A program made the translations under genes and the position numbers. A model generated the notes under the pieces. The model was not told the DNA's origin. It searched no databases and was given only the letters and a program-made list of their open reading frames with translations. 64,000 nucleotides of DNA from positions 93,926 through 157,925 of the IMG/VR virus record IMGVR_UViG_3300045971_000149; one strand, given 5' to 3'. Shown here piece after piece: positions 33,276-42,628 of this stretch (positions are counted from its first letter, which is position 1; each line of letters starts with the position of its first letter). The DNA comes from a virus.

Positions 33276-35597
33276 ATGATTACAGTTGTCAAGCGTAATG
33301 GTAAAAGAGTTCCATTAGACATTAGCAAGATACAGAGACAGGTAGCACATGATTGCAAAGGCATTGACGGAGTTAGTCCGTCAATGATTGAAATTAAAGC
33401 ACAAATAGAATTACATGATGGGATGTCAACTAAGACAATCGACGAACTTTTGCTAAAAGCAATGGTCGACTTAATCGATGAAACAGAAAACCCAGAAATC
33501 AATAATGTAAATTATCAATATGTAGCAGGTAGACAAAAAGTCAGTATGCTACGCAAAGAAGTATACGGAGAATACGATCCTCCTCGATTATACGACATCG
33601 TAACAAAGAATGTAGAACTAGGTATGTATTCTAGTGAATTACTAGATTGGTACACTAAAGAAGAATGGGATATTATTGATCTGTTTCTAGATCATGATAA
33701 AGACGAGAACTATACCTACGCCGCAGTTGCACAGCTTGCTGAAAAATATCTTGTGCAAAACAGAGCAACAGGTCAAATCTACGAAACTCCACAAGTACGT
33801 TATGCTATTGCAGCAGCAACAGCATTCCACAACGAAGCCAGAGATAAGCGATTAAAGTATGTTAAAGATTATTACGAGTGTGCTAGTGACGGCCATTTTA
33901 CCCTTGCCACTCCTGTGCTTGCTGGGCTTGGGACTCCTACTAAACAGTTTAGTAGTTGTGTTCTCATTAGCTCCGACGATACACTGGACTCTATTTTCGC
34001 CTCGGGCGAGATGATGGCAAAGTATGCTAGCAAACGCGCTGGCATCGGATTAGAGATTGGACGTATACGGCCTGTCGGCGCCCCTATTCGAAATGGTGAG
34101 ATCAAACATACAGGCATGATACCATTCTTGAAGAAATGGTTTGCCGATTTGCGGTCTTGCTCACAAGGTGGCATTCGTAATGCATCATGCACAGTAACAT
34201 TTCCCATTTGGCATGCACAGTTTGAAGACCTTATTGTTCTTAAGAATAATCAAGGTACTGAAGAAACCCGTGTACGTCAAATGGATTACAGTGTTGTAAT
34301 CAACAAAATGTTTTGGAATCGTTACAGGAACAAGCAAAATATTACATTGTTTGATCCGCACGAAGTTCCAGACTTGTACGAAGCATATTATCGCAACAGC
34401 GTAGAATTTGAAAAGTTGTATGTACAGTACGAACAAGATGCAACTAAAAAGCGTAAAGTGTTATCTGCTGAAGAAATCTTTAAACAAAGTATTCTTAAGG
34501 AACGTAGCGATACTGGACGCATTTACTTTGTCTTTATTGACAATGTTGTTAATCAAGGCCCGTTTGACTCTAATACTGATCCCATTTACCAAAGTAATTT
34601 ATGCCAGGAAATTTTGTTACCCACAAGACCTTTCCAACGTATCGAAGACCCGGAAGGACGCATTGCGTTATGTACACTAGGATCAATTAACTGGGGTGCA
34701 TTCCGTAACCCACAGGATATGCGTAAAGCCTGCCGTGTATTAGTTCGTAGTTTAAGTAACCTGCTTTCGTATCAAGATTTCTTATCTATTCAAAGTAAGC
34801 TTGCTAACACTGAGTTCGAGCCACTAGGTGTTGGCATCACCAACCTTGCTTACTGGCATGCTCGCCGTAGTTTTAAATATGGAACACCCGAGGCACTTGC
34901 AGAAGTCAAACGTTGGATGGAACATCAAGCATACTATCTAACCGAAACAAGTGTAGAGCTTGCCCAAGAAAAAGGGCCATGCTCGCGTAGCGAATACACT
35001 TGGTACGGCAAGGGAGTATTTCCTTGGGAGCGACGGGCAACCGGTGTTAATGAATTGACAGACTTCACACCTAGCTTAGATTGGGAGCCACTACGTGCTA
35101 ACATGATTAAGTATGGCATTCGTAATGCTACGTTAATGGCAGTCGCACCAGTTGAGTCTAGCAGTGTTGTATTGAACAGTACAAACGGAATTGAAATGCC
35201 AATGGAACTTATTTCTGTTAAGGAATCAAAAGCAGGATCGTTTGTGCAGGTTGTACCAGAATATAGGAAGTACAAAAACCGTTATCAAATGATGTGGGAA
35301 CAAACTGATTGCGTTGAATACTTAAAGACAGCAGCAGTTCTAGCAGCTTATGTTGACCAGAGTTTGAGTACAAATACATTTTACAGTCCAAAACACTTTA
35401 AGGATGGCAAGGTTCCCGGTACACTAATTGCAAAGAATTTAATGCTTGCATATAAATGGGGTTTGAAAACTCTATATTACTCACTTATAGATAAAGTTGG
35501 TTCTAAAAATGTGTTAAACACCCAAACTGATGTATTAGTGGCCGCCACTCCTGTTACACTGTATGAAGATGACGACTGTGAAGCCTGCAAGTTATAA
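33276..35597 (+). CDS. nrdA: Ribonucleotide reductase class Ia alpha subunit
   Basis: ATP-cone VVKRNG, TPVLAG, FSSCVL, SQGGIR, SNLCQEI, LKTLYY and C-terminal CEACKL. Confidence 0.97.
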   Translation: MITVVKRNGKRVPLDISKIQRQVAHDCKGIDGVSPSMIEIKAQIELHDGMSTKTIDELLLKAMVDLIDETENPEINNVNYQYVAGRQKVSMLRKEVYGEYDPPRLYDIVTKNVELGMYSSELLDWYTKEEWDIIDLFLDHDKDENYTYAAVAQLAEKYLVQNRATGQIYETPQVRYAIAAATAFHNEARDKRLKYVKDYYECASDGHFTLATPVLAGLGTPTKQFSSCVLISSDDTLDSIFASGEMMAKYASKRAGIGLEIGRIRPVGAPIRNGEIKHTGMIPFLKKWFADLRSCSQGGIRNASCTVTFPIWHAQFEDLIVLKNNQGTEETRVRQMDYSVVINKMFWNRYRNKQNITLFDPHEVPDLYEAYYRNSVEFEKLYVQYEQDATKKRKVLSAEEIFKQSILKERSDTGRIYFVFIDNVVNQGPFDSNTDPIYQSNLCQEILLPTRPFQRIEDPEGRIALCTLGSINWGAFRNPQDMRKACRVLVRSLSNLLSYQDFLSIQSKLANTEFEPLGVGITNLAYWHARRSFKYGTPEALAEVKRWMEHQAYYLTETSVELAQEKGPCSRSEYTWYGKGVFPWERRATGVNELTDFTPSLDWEPLRANMIKYGIRNATLMAVAPVESSSVVLNSTNGIEMPMELISVKESKAGSFVQVVPEYRKYKNRYQMMWEQTDCVEYLKTAAVLAAYVDQSLSTNTFYSPKHFKDGKVPGTLIAKNLMLAYKWGLKTLYYSLIDKVGSKNVLNTQTDVLVAATPVTLYEDDDCEACKL

Positions 35598-35778
35598 CCT
35601 GTGTGCCTGTATGGGCCCAATGTACGGAGAACCGATGTGCCCATGTAAAATGGCAGGTTTGCCACGTAGTGAAGAATATAAAACTTATATGTTACCAGAA
35701 AATGTAGCAGCAAGAGAAGCAGAAATAACTAAGGTCTTTGCAGAAATATTTGCAAGAAGGAAAGAAAAGAATGTCTAA
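35563..35778 (+). CDS. Small Cys-rich hypothetical protein
   Basis: CACMGP...PMCPC; fills the nrdA-nrdB gap. Confidence 0.5.
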   Translation: MKMTTVKPASYNLCACMGPMYGEPMCPCKMAGLPRSEEYKTYMLPENVAAREAEITKVFAEIFARRKEKNV

Positions 35779-36871
35779 AGAACAATACGATTTTACTAAA
35801 CAAACAAACTATCTAAAGCGTAAGATGTTTCTGGATCCAGCAGGACCAGTTACGGTACAGCGTTTTGAAGAAGTTAAGTATCCTAAATTACAGAAGTACG
35901 AAGAGCTCGCCCGCGGGTTCTTTTGGGTGCCAGAAGAAATTAGTTTAACTAAAGATAAGATTGATCACAAAGAAGCAAGCGAAGCAGTAAAACATATCTT
36001 TACAAGCAACTTGTTACGTCAAACTGCGTTAGATAGTATTCAAGGCCGCGCACCATTCCAAGTGTTCGGTCCTGTATGCAGTATCCCGGAACTAGAAGCC
36101 CTCACGCTAACATGGAGCTTCTTCGAAACAAGTATCCACAGTAAAAGCTATAGTCACATTATTCGCAATGTGTACGGTGTTCCGAAAGACGAGTTCAATA
36201 AAATACATGAAACGAAAGAAATTGTCGGGATGGCGGCAAGTATTGGCCGCCATTATGAGTCTCTGCACCAATTGAACAGCCGTAAAGAAATCGGCGAAAA
36301 AGTAGACGAATATGAGCATAAAAAGGCGATTTGGATGGCATTAAACGCCAGTTATGCGCTGGAAGCGTTCAGATTTATGGTCTCCTTTGCTACGAGCTTG
36401 GCAATGGTAGAAAACAAGATTTATATAGGAAACGGTAACATTATTAGTCTTATACTCCAAGACGAATTGCTACATACAGAATGGACTGCGTGGCTAATTA
36501 ATAATGTAGGGAAAGATGATTCAGACTTTGAAAAGATTGAAGTAGATTGTGCAGTAGAAGTATATCAGATGTACATGGAAGTGATACAGGAAGAAAAGGA
36601 TTGGGCGGACTACTTATTCAAACTAGGCCCGGTCATTGGACTAAATGCAACTATTCTAAAAGACTTTGTAGACTTTACCGCATTTTCTCGATTAAAAGAT
36701 ATTGGAGTTAAGTATCTTGCAGATCATCCTAAAATGAGTCCTATCCCTTGGTTTAACAAGCATGTAAACATCGGCAAGAAACAGTCGGCGTTACAAGAAA
36801 CAGAATCGACAAACTATGTTATCGGCGTAATGTCTGACACAGTTTTGCACGAGGAATTACCGGAGTTATAA
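35771..36871 (+). CDS. nrdB: Ribonucleotide reductase class Ia beta subunit
   Basis: FFWVPEE, LDSIQ, ETSIHSKSY, LEAFRF, DELLH and QETESTNY. Confidence 0.97.
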   Translation: MSKEQYDFTKQTNYLKRKMFLDPAGPVTVQRFEEVKYPKLQKYEELARGFFWVPEEISLTKDKIDHKEASEAVKHIFTSNLLRQTALDSIQGRAPFQVFGPVCSIPELEALTLTWSFFETSIHSKSYSHIIRNVYGVPKDEFNKIHETKEIVGMAASIGRHYESLHQLNSRKEIGEKVDEYEHKKAIWMALNASYALEAFRFMVSFATSLAMVENKIYIGNGNIISLILQDELLHTEWTAWLINNVGKDDSDFEKIEVDCAVEVYQMYMEVIQEEKDWADYLFKLGPVIGLNATILKDFVDFTAFSRLKDIGVKYLADHPKMSPIPWFNKHVNIGKKQSALQETESTNYVIGVMSDTVLHEELPEL

Positions 36872-37066
36872 AAATGTCAAATTGGGTTAAATTTCCTGGA
36901 AATCCGTTGCCTGTACCAGGCCAATGGTATAGTGTCTCTCCAACTGGAAGAGATGTCGATGCAATACGGGGGCAGTTTACTGGTTACCCGGCAGGATTTG
37001 CCCAATTCGTCAATGAATACTATCTCCTAATGTTCCCCGGAACTATTTACTGGAAGGAAATATAAA

Positions 37067-37291
37067 ATGAAACAAGCTATAGTATGGTCAAAGGATGCTT
37101 GCGCACATTGCGAACAGGCTAAAAATTTATTGAAGTCTAAAAATATCGCGTATGAAGAACGTAATATTATGAAAGACTGGACAAAGGCACAACTGCTAGA
37201 GGCTGTTCCCACCGCAAGAGCACTTCCACAAATTTTCCTAGACGGAGAGTATGTTGGCGGGTTCTCTGAATTACGAGCAAAAATAATGTAA
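37067..37291 (+). CDS. Glutaredoxin
   Basis: CAHC and LPQIFLDGEYVGGF. Confidence 0.92.
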   Translation: MKQAIVWSKDACAHCEQAKNLLKSKNIAYEERNIMKDWTKAQLLEAVPTARALPQIFLDGEYVGGFSELRAKIM

Positions 37292-37822
37292 TGAACACAG
37301 TAGGAAATATAAATTACGGTACTGTATTGCCAAACACAGTATCAACTGGAACTATAACTATTCCGGCCGCTGGCCTTTCAGCAGCAGGTGCATATTCCTT
37401 TGCTGTGCCTGCATACACAATGAATTACGCTGCAAATCAGATAGGCATTGTAAGTAACAGTGGCCTTAAAGTCACAGGGTCTTCTACATTTGACGGCGAC
37501 GTGACCATACAAGGACGCAGCATCAGTAAGACTCTTGAAACTATAGAGAAGCGATTAGCTATTCTTACGCCCGATCCTAAAAAGTTAGAGAAGTGGGAAG
37601 TATTGCAAAAAGCGTACTCACAGTATAAGATGTTAGAAGCGTTGCTCCATGAGGAAGATAATGGAAACGCCTGAACAAAAGATTGCTAAACAAGAAAAAG
37701 AAATACAGCAGCTAAAAGCCAGTATACAAAGACTTGAAAAGGCTGTATCATTGTTAGAGCGCGAAAACAATCGCCGTAAGCAAGATATTACACAAATAGC
37801 AAACGTATTAAAAAGAGGGTAA
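37291..37822 (+). other. Two hypothetical ORFs (37291..37674; coiled coil 37661..37822)
   Basis: Coupled ORFs; the second reads METPEQKIAKQEKEIQQLK... Confidence 0.65.
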
Positions 37823-38491
37823 ATGAAAGTAAAATTAATATCTACTAGTAAGCCTAGTAGACACATGTACGACGAAGGTCTCATAGATGCACAAGATTTA
37901 ATCGGGTTTTGTGCAAGAGTAAGTAATCCTAGTAATCAGTTTAACACTGAAACAAGCGAAAAGCTAATACGGTATCTAATCAAGCATCAACACTGGTCCC
38001 CACTAGAGATGGTGTCTGCGTGTATTGAGATCGAAACAACCCGTGATATAGCAAGACAAATACTACGTCATCGTAGCTTTAGCTTTCAAGAGTTTAGCCA
38101 ACGATACGCCGACCCTACAAAGGATCTAGATTTCGTATTGCGGGAAGCAAGATTACAAGATACTAAAAATAGACAAAACAGCATAGAAACGACTGATGCT
38201 GAATTACAAGTATGGTGGGATGCTAAACAGAAATTCTTAATCGATTATGTAAAGGCTACATATGCAGAAGCAATCGAGAAAGGTATTGCTAAAGAACAAG
38301 CCCGATCTATTTTGCCCGAAGGTAATACAGTTAGTCGATTGTATATGAACGGTACACTACGCTCGTGGATTCATTTCATTGAATTGCGTAGCTCAAACGG
38401 TACACAAAAAGAGCACCAAGCGGTTGCTCGAGCGTGTGCACAGGCTATTGTGGAAGTATTCCCAATGGCATCAGAATTTGTAAAGGATTAA
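37823..38491 (+). CDS. thyX: Flavin-dependent thymidylate synthase
   Basis: HWSPLE, RQILRHRSFSFQEFSQRY and TQKEH. Confidence 0.96.
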   Translation: MKVKLISTSKPSRHMYDEGLIDAQDLIGFCARVSNPSNQFNTETSEKLIRYLIKHQHWSPLEMVSACIEIETTRDIARQILRHRSFSFQEFSQRYADPTKDLDFVLREARLQDTKNRQNSIETTDAELQVWWDAKQKFLIDYVKATYAEAIEKGIAKEQARSILPEGNTVSRLYMNGTLRSWIHFIELRSSNGTQKEHQAVARACAQAIVEVFPMASEFVKD

Positions 38492-38492
38492 A

Positions 38493-38783
38493 ATGCTTAT
38501 CACTAAAGGCGCCTCAATTGGCGAAGTTGTAACTATGAAGTTAGTTACAGGAGAAGAAATCATCGGCAAGCTAGCAACAGAGACAGATACACATTACGGT
38601 ATCGCTCGTCCCCTTACGCTAGTAGCAGGACCTAAGGGACTAGGATTGCAACCGTGGTTGTTCACAGTAGACACAGAGAAGACAATCAAGTTCCCAAAGG
38701 ATAAAGTTATCATCATCGATTCTACCATGAAAGAAATGGCAGATAGCTATCTTACTGGTACAACTGGCATTGCACTGAGTTAA
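38493..38783 (+). CDS. Sm/LSm-like small beta-barrel protein
   Basis: VVTMKLVTGEEIIGKL Sm1-like motif. Confidence 0.55.
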   Translation: MLITKGASIGEVVTMKLVTGEEIIGKLATETDTHYGIARPLTLVAGPKGLGLQPWLFTVDTEKTIKFPKDKVIIIDSTMKEMADSYLTGTTGIALS

Positions 38784-38791
38784 ATAGTTTT

Positions 38792-39238
38792 ATGATTACG
38801 CCGGCAGCGAACACCACTAATTTTTATTCTGCGTTCTCTGTTGGCATACTAGTAACTAATACAAGTAGTGGAACAACTATAGTTTCGGCTCCTGTTGTAT
38901 CGGCAAGTTTTGTTGACCCCGGCATTGTAATTACGTCTGATATCTCTGGATTAGTTACAATATCGGGAATGTATAAAACTATTATCCCAATCGGGTACAC
39001 ATGGCGCGACAATAGTTTTAATCTAAAAACTGGAACAACTGCTCCAAATGCAGGTGAGTATCAAAAGTTTATAAAGATTGATTCTCCAGCTAGTACATCT
39101 GCAGATTGCACATACACAATTACTACAGCATACGATTCGGGCACAATAACTGATACATATGTTGACCACGTAATCGTTGATAGCTTCACTAAAGTTGCCG
39201 ATATACTAACTGGATTATTAGCAGGAGTAAAACCGTGA
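38792..39238 (+). CDS. Hypothetical late protein
   Basis: Thr-rich; precedes the PAAR gene. Confidence 0.6.
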   Translation: MITPAANTTNFYSAFSVGILVTNTSSGTTIVSAPVVSASFVDPGIVITSDISGLVTISGMYKTIIPIGYTWRDNSFNLKTGTTAPNAGEYQKFIKIDSPASTSADCTYTITTAYDSGTITDTYVDHVIVDSFTKVADILTGLLAGVKP

Positions 39239-39540
39239 GTTCACAACCAATAGCAAGAATAGGCGATAAAACAACAGGGCATGGACCGTACCTCCCAAGA
39301 CCGAGTACAGGTGGAAGTAGTGATGTGTTTGTAAACGGAATTGCAGTAAGCAGGGTAGGTGATGATTGGGCACCACACGGAGGAATTCCTCCTGATGTTC
39401 ATTCCGGAGAAGTGGGGGAAACAGTTTCGGGTTCTGGTACAGTATTTGTCAATGGCAAACCGCTAGCAAGGATCGGAGACACAGTAGACGGTGCTGATAA
39501 GATCGCAGGCGGCAGTTCTGATGTATTTGCCGGTGGTTAA
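39235..39540 (+). CDS. PAAR-repeat spike-tip protein
   Basis: PIARIGD, GSSDVFVNG, PLARIGD and His ligands. Confidence 0.92.
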   Translation: MSSQPIARIGDKTTGHGPYLPRPSTGGSSDVFVNGIAVSRVGDDWAPHGGIPPDVHSGEVGETVSGSGTVFVNGKPLARIGDTVDGADKIAGGSSDVFAGG

Positions 39541-39562
39541 TTAAGTCAGAACTAAATAATTT

Positions 39563-39671
39563 AGTCTAGAGGGAGCAAACCTGCATAGCGTGGTTGGGAT
39601 AGTGAGAGTCTATCCTTTTTGACGAAGAACTGTGCCCTCGGATTTCGTCAGGTTGACAACATTCCTAGATT
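39563..39671 (+). ncRNA. Candidate structured RNA upstream of the cold-shock gene
   Basis: Closing stem plus three internal stems after a TAAATA motif. Confidence 0.45.
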
Positions 39672-39708
39672 GTTGTAAAATTAATTTTTAAGGTAATAAG
39701 GTAACACA

Positions 39709-39912
39709 ATGGCAACAGGTAAAGTAAAATGGTTTAGCGCCCCTAAGGGTTTCGGGTTCATTACCCCTGATAACGGTGGAGCAGACTTGTTTGCACACTT
39801 CAGTCAAATTAACTCGCAAGGATATAAGAGCCTAGACGAAGGTCAAGCAGTAACTTTTGAAGTTACGCAAGGCCAAAAGGGTCCTCAGGCTAGCAATATT
39901 CAGTTAGTCTAA
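39709..39912 (+). CDS. Cold-shock domain protein
   Basis: [21 protein letters not shown] and [10 protein letters not shown]. Confidence 0.96.
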   Translation: MATGKVKWFSAPKGFGFITPDNGGADLFAHFSQINSQGYKSLDEGQAVTFEVTQGQKGPQASNIQLV

Positions 39913-39914
39913 AA

Positions 39915-40245
39915 GGTTATTGCTGTACGAAGCAAATAGAAATAAGTGGAACACCCGGGGGCAGTGCCCGGCATCTCCACCATAAGGGAAGTTATGAAAC
40001 ATTTAGAATGGTATCAGATATTGCTGTGTCTTGCAGTTCCGATAAACTATTTTTATTGGTGTGTATTACATAGTTTCTTTATGATGGGGATGACACAGGA
40101 TCGACTTCGCAAAGAGTACATAAGCAGACAGCACGACACAGATAGTCGTAAAAAGTAAAACAAAAACAACCGCAAACGATTCAGTTTACGCATTAGCAGC
40201 TTAACAGCCGCTTAGGGTAGTTATACCTCGTAACAGAAACTAACA
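39915..40245 (+). ncRNA. ssrA: Circularly permuted (two-piece) tmRNA
   Basis: Acceptor piece ends CATCTCC-A-CCA at 39982; coding piece starts GGGGATG at 40086 (G3:U70 pair); tag ANDSVYALAA-stop at 40172-40204; T-loop GGCAGTG; AACAGAA at 40232-40238. Outer ends approximate. Confidence 0.93.
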
Positions 40246-40269
40246 AGGACCCGCTTCGGCGGGTTTCTT
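40244..40269 (+). terminator. Intrinsic terminator after tmRNA
   Basis: ACCCGC-TTCG-GCGGGT followed by TTCTT. Confidence 0.85.
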
Positions 40270-40304
40270 ATGTGGAATGTATAACTACTATATAAGGAGA
40301 TTAT

Positions 40305-40448
40305 ATGGAAGAAAAGCGAGGAAAACGAATCGAAAAATGGGTAAAACGATACCATTATCGCCTGGAATTGTTAAGATCTGTTGCTCCTGTTGTCGTTATC
40401 ACTTTACAATGCATTATACTGTATCATGTTTACTTTGTGAAGAATTAA
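40305..40448 (+). CDS. Small membrane protein (47 aa)
   Basis: AAGGAG RBS; basic N-terminus plus hydrophobic helix. Confidence 0.6.
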   Translation: MEEKRGKRIEKWVKRYHYRLELLRSVAPVVVITLQCIILYHVYFVKN

Positions 40449-40463
40449 TGAGATAAATATTCA

Positions 40464-41145
40464 ATGCGAATAAAAGATCTATTAATTGAAAACATAGTTA
40501 ACGCCGGGGTACAAATAAAGGCGGACGAGTATTATGCGAACGTAAAGAAGACTATCCCTAATGTGTTTAACATGTTAAATCAAGTTGTAAAAGGCCCTAA
40601 ACCTACATACGAGCAATTACAAGATGCCGCAGAAGCCGGATACAAGTTTTTACAAGATCAACTCAATACAGATAACTGGGATCAAAAAGTAAAGCAGGCA
40701 GGTGAGATTGTTAAACGACATATTTCAGATATAGTTACAAAGCAAACAAATAACACTGATCAATAAGATGAAAATATACGAGCTATTTGAAGATATAACT
40801 CAACCTGAATTAGATCATGTTGAACAAGTTGCCGATGCTTTGTGGGCAAAGTTGGGAATTGATGTTGAGTTTACTAGACATTTTTTTGATCGTGTAAATG
40901 ACGAAAGAAACGGAAAACCTATTACAGCAGATGAGCTAGTAGCAATGTTTCAGAAAGAGTTTCGAACAAACGGTATTCAGATTTCTAATATGCGTCGCCC
41001 GGAAGCAGTATTAAAAGATTTATTGTCTAGCATCAATATCCCGTTTGTGTTAAAGAACACCGGTGGCCAGAAACAGTTAGTAGGTAAAACAGTTATGCGT
41101 AAACGTAACTTTACAAGTCCTGACCCGGCGTATGTAGTAAAATGA
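40464..41145 (+). other. Two late hypothetical ORFs (40464..40766, 40768..41145)
   Basis: MRIKDLLIE and MKIYELFE N-termini; the second contains FTRHFFDR. Confidence 0.7.
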
Positions 41146-42503
41146 GATTCAACGACCTTACTAAATCAAAAGCACCTGTAAAACTGTCTTACACAGAAAG
41201 TTTACAGCGCAAGCTCAACAAGTGTTTAGACAATTTCCCATCCACAAAATTTACTCCGCTCGAAATTGCAATAATGGAAGGTGGCGGTTCTTTAACAGAA
41301 TTCCAACTTACGAAAAATCAGTGGGAACTGTTTATATCAAATGCAGACAAGGAAGAAGCAGGTTCTGACTTAATCGGGTTGGTGCAAAATGCATACGGCG
41401 GCACATCACAAGGTAGCTTTGTGAATAGCATGAAAGATGTTATTCCGTCAGACTGGAATGTAATTGATTGGGATCACGATCCGGATGTAGACGCAGCCGT
41501 TTTCTATCGCAAAAACAGAGCAGGCGAAAGTTGGAGTGGACATAAAATCCAAGGATTAGGGCACGATGGTACACGCACGAGTAAAGACAAAGCAATCGGC
41601 AAGGTACAAGCTTTGTTAAGCAAGCCCGGAGTATGGATTGAAAGTAGCGATGCAATGCGCTCGATCCTAAAAAAGTACAATGTGCAAGCAGTAACTGATG
41701 TTGAGTTATTGCGTTCGTTGTTTAACGATCCAAATTTAGAAATGGTAGATGCCGACACATATACTCGAACAATCGGATCTGGACAAATTACCGAAACTGT
41801 ATTTGGCAACCCGCATCTAACTGCATCGTTAAAAGAAACTACAATTAATGAGTTTGAGAACGGTACAGATAATAGTAAACAAATATTACAAAAATTAAAA
41901 GCAATGGGCTACACTATGTTAGGTAGTGGAGTTGATGCAACGGTATGGACTAAAGAAGAAGGGCACGTTATTAAAATTTTAATGCCGACAGCACCTAATC
42001 AAGGCGGTCGAGACCGTGCAGATCTAAACTTTCTAACTTTCTATAATTTTTGTCAACAGAACAAAGGCAATCCAAATCTTCCCATATTCACGGAAATTAA
42101 TGGGGCCGGACATTCAACATTTGAAATAAATGGGTCGCCGTATAGACAAATTGCAATGGAACGATTGCACCCAATTAGTTCTGGGTTTGCCGAACACATG
42201 GTTTGGCAATTGGGAGAACTAACAAAAGTCGCTTTTATTAAATGGAAAGATGTAGTTAAACAGTTACTAAATCCAGCGTCGTGGAATGCATTAGGTATGC
42301 AAGCAACAAAAGAAATGCCAGGTCATATTAAATATGAAATAGATAATGATCCTGCATTTACAAAACAATGGAGCGGACTATTTGCAACAATGCAAGGCTT
42401 ATACGCAGCAGGTAAGAAAGCAGGCGTAGAATGGGATATGCATACTGACAATGTAATGGAACGAAATAACGGCACAATTGTAATAACTGACCCGTTTATT
42501 TGA
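41142..42503 (+). CDS. Multidomain protein with C-terminal protein-kinase-like domain
   Basis: LGSGVDATVW, VIKI, MERL, DMHTDNVM and VITDP. Confidence 0.7.
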   Translation: MRFNDLTKSKAPVKLSYTESLQRKLNKCLDNFPSTKFTPLEIAIMEGGGSLTEFQLTKNQWELFISNADKEEAGSDLIGLVQNAYGGTSQGSFVNSMKDVIPSDWNVIDWDHDPDVDAAVFYRKNRAGESWSGHKIQGLGHDGTRTSKDKAIGKVQALLSKPGVWIESSDAMRSILKKYNVQAVTDVELLRSLFNDPNLEMVDADTYTRTIGSGQITETVFGNPHLTASLKETTINEFENGTDNSKQILQKLKAMGYTMLGSGVDATVWTKEEGHVIKILMPTAPNQGGRDRADLNFLTFYNFCQQNKGNPNLPIFTEINGAGHSTFEINGSPYRQIAMERLHPISSGFAEHMVWQLGELTKVAFIKWKDVVKQLLNPASWNALGMQATKEMPGHIKYEIDNDPAFTKQWSGLFATMQGLYAAGKKAGVEWDMHTDNVMERNNGTIVITDPFI

Positions 42504-42544
42504 AACTAGTAATCAAATCGTAATCAACTGCTATATAAATAATA

Positions 42545-42613
42545 GTACGGACACAAGATAGCGTGTCGCTGGATTTGCGTAACCAGCATAAAAGCACCCG
42601 ATGGTGCTTTTTT
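42545..42613 (+). ncRNA. Candidate small RNA with terminator
   Basis: TATAAATA at 42534, two 5-bp stems, then AAAGCACC-CGAT-GGTGCTTTTT. Confidence 0.5.
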
Positions 42614-42628
42614 CTTTGACAAAACAAT

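Noticed and set aside
33276-36871. Introns or inteins in nrdA/nrdB
   Set aside because: Both are of normal length with contiguous motifs.
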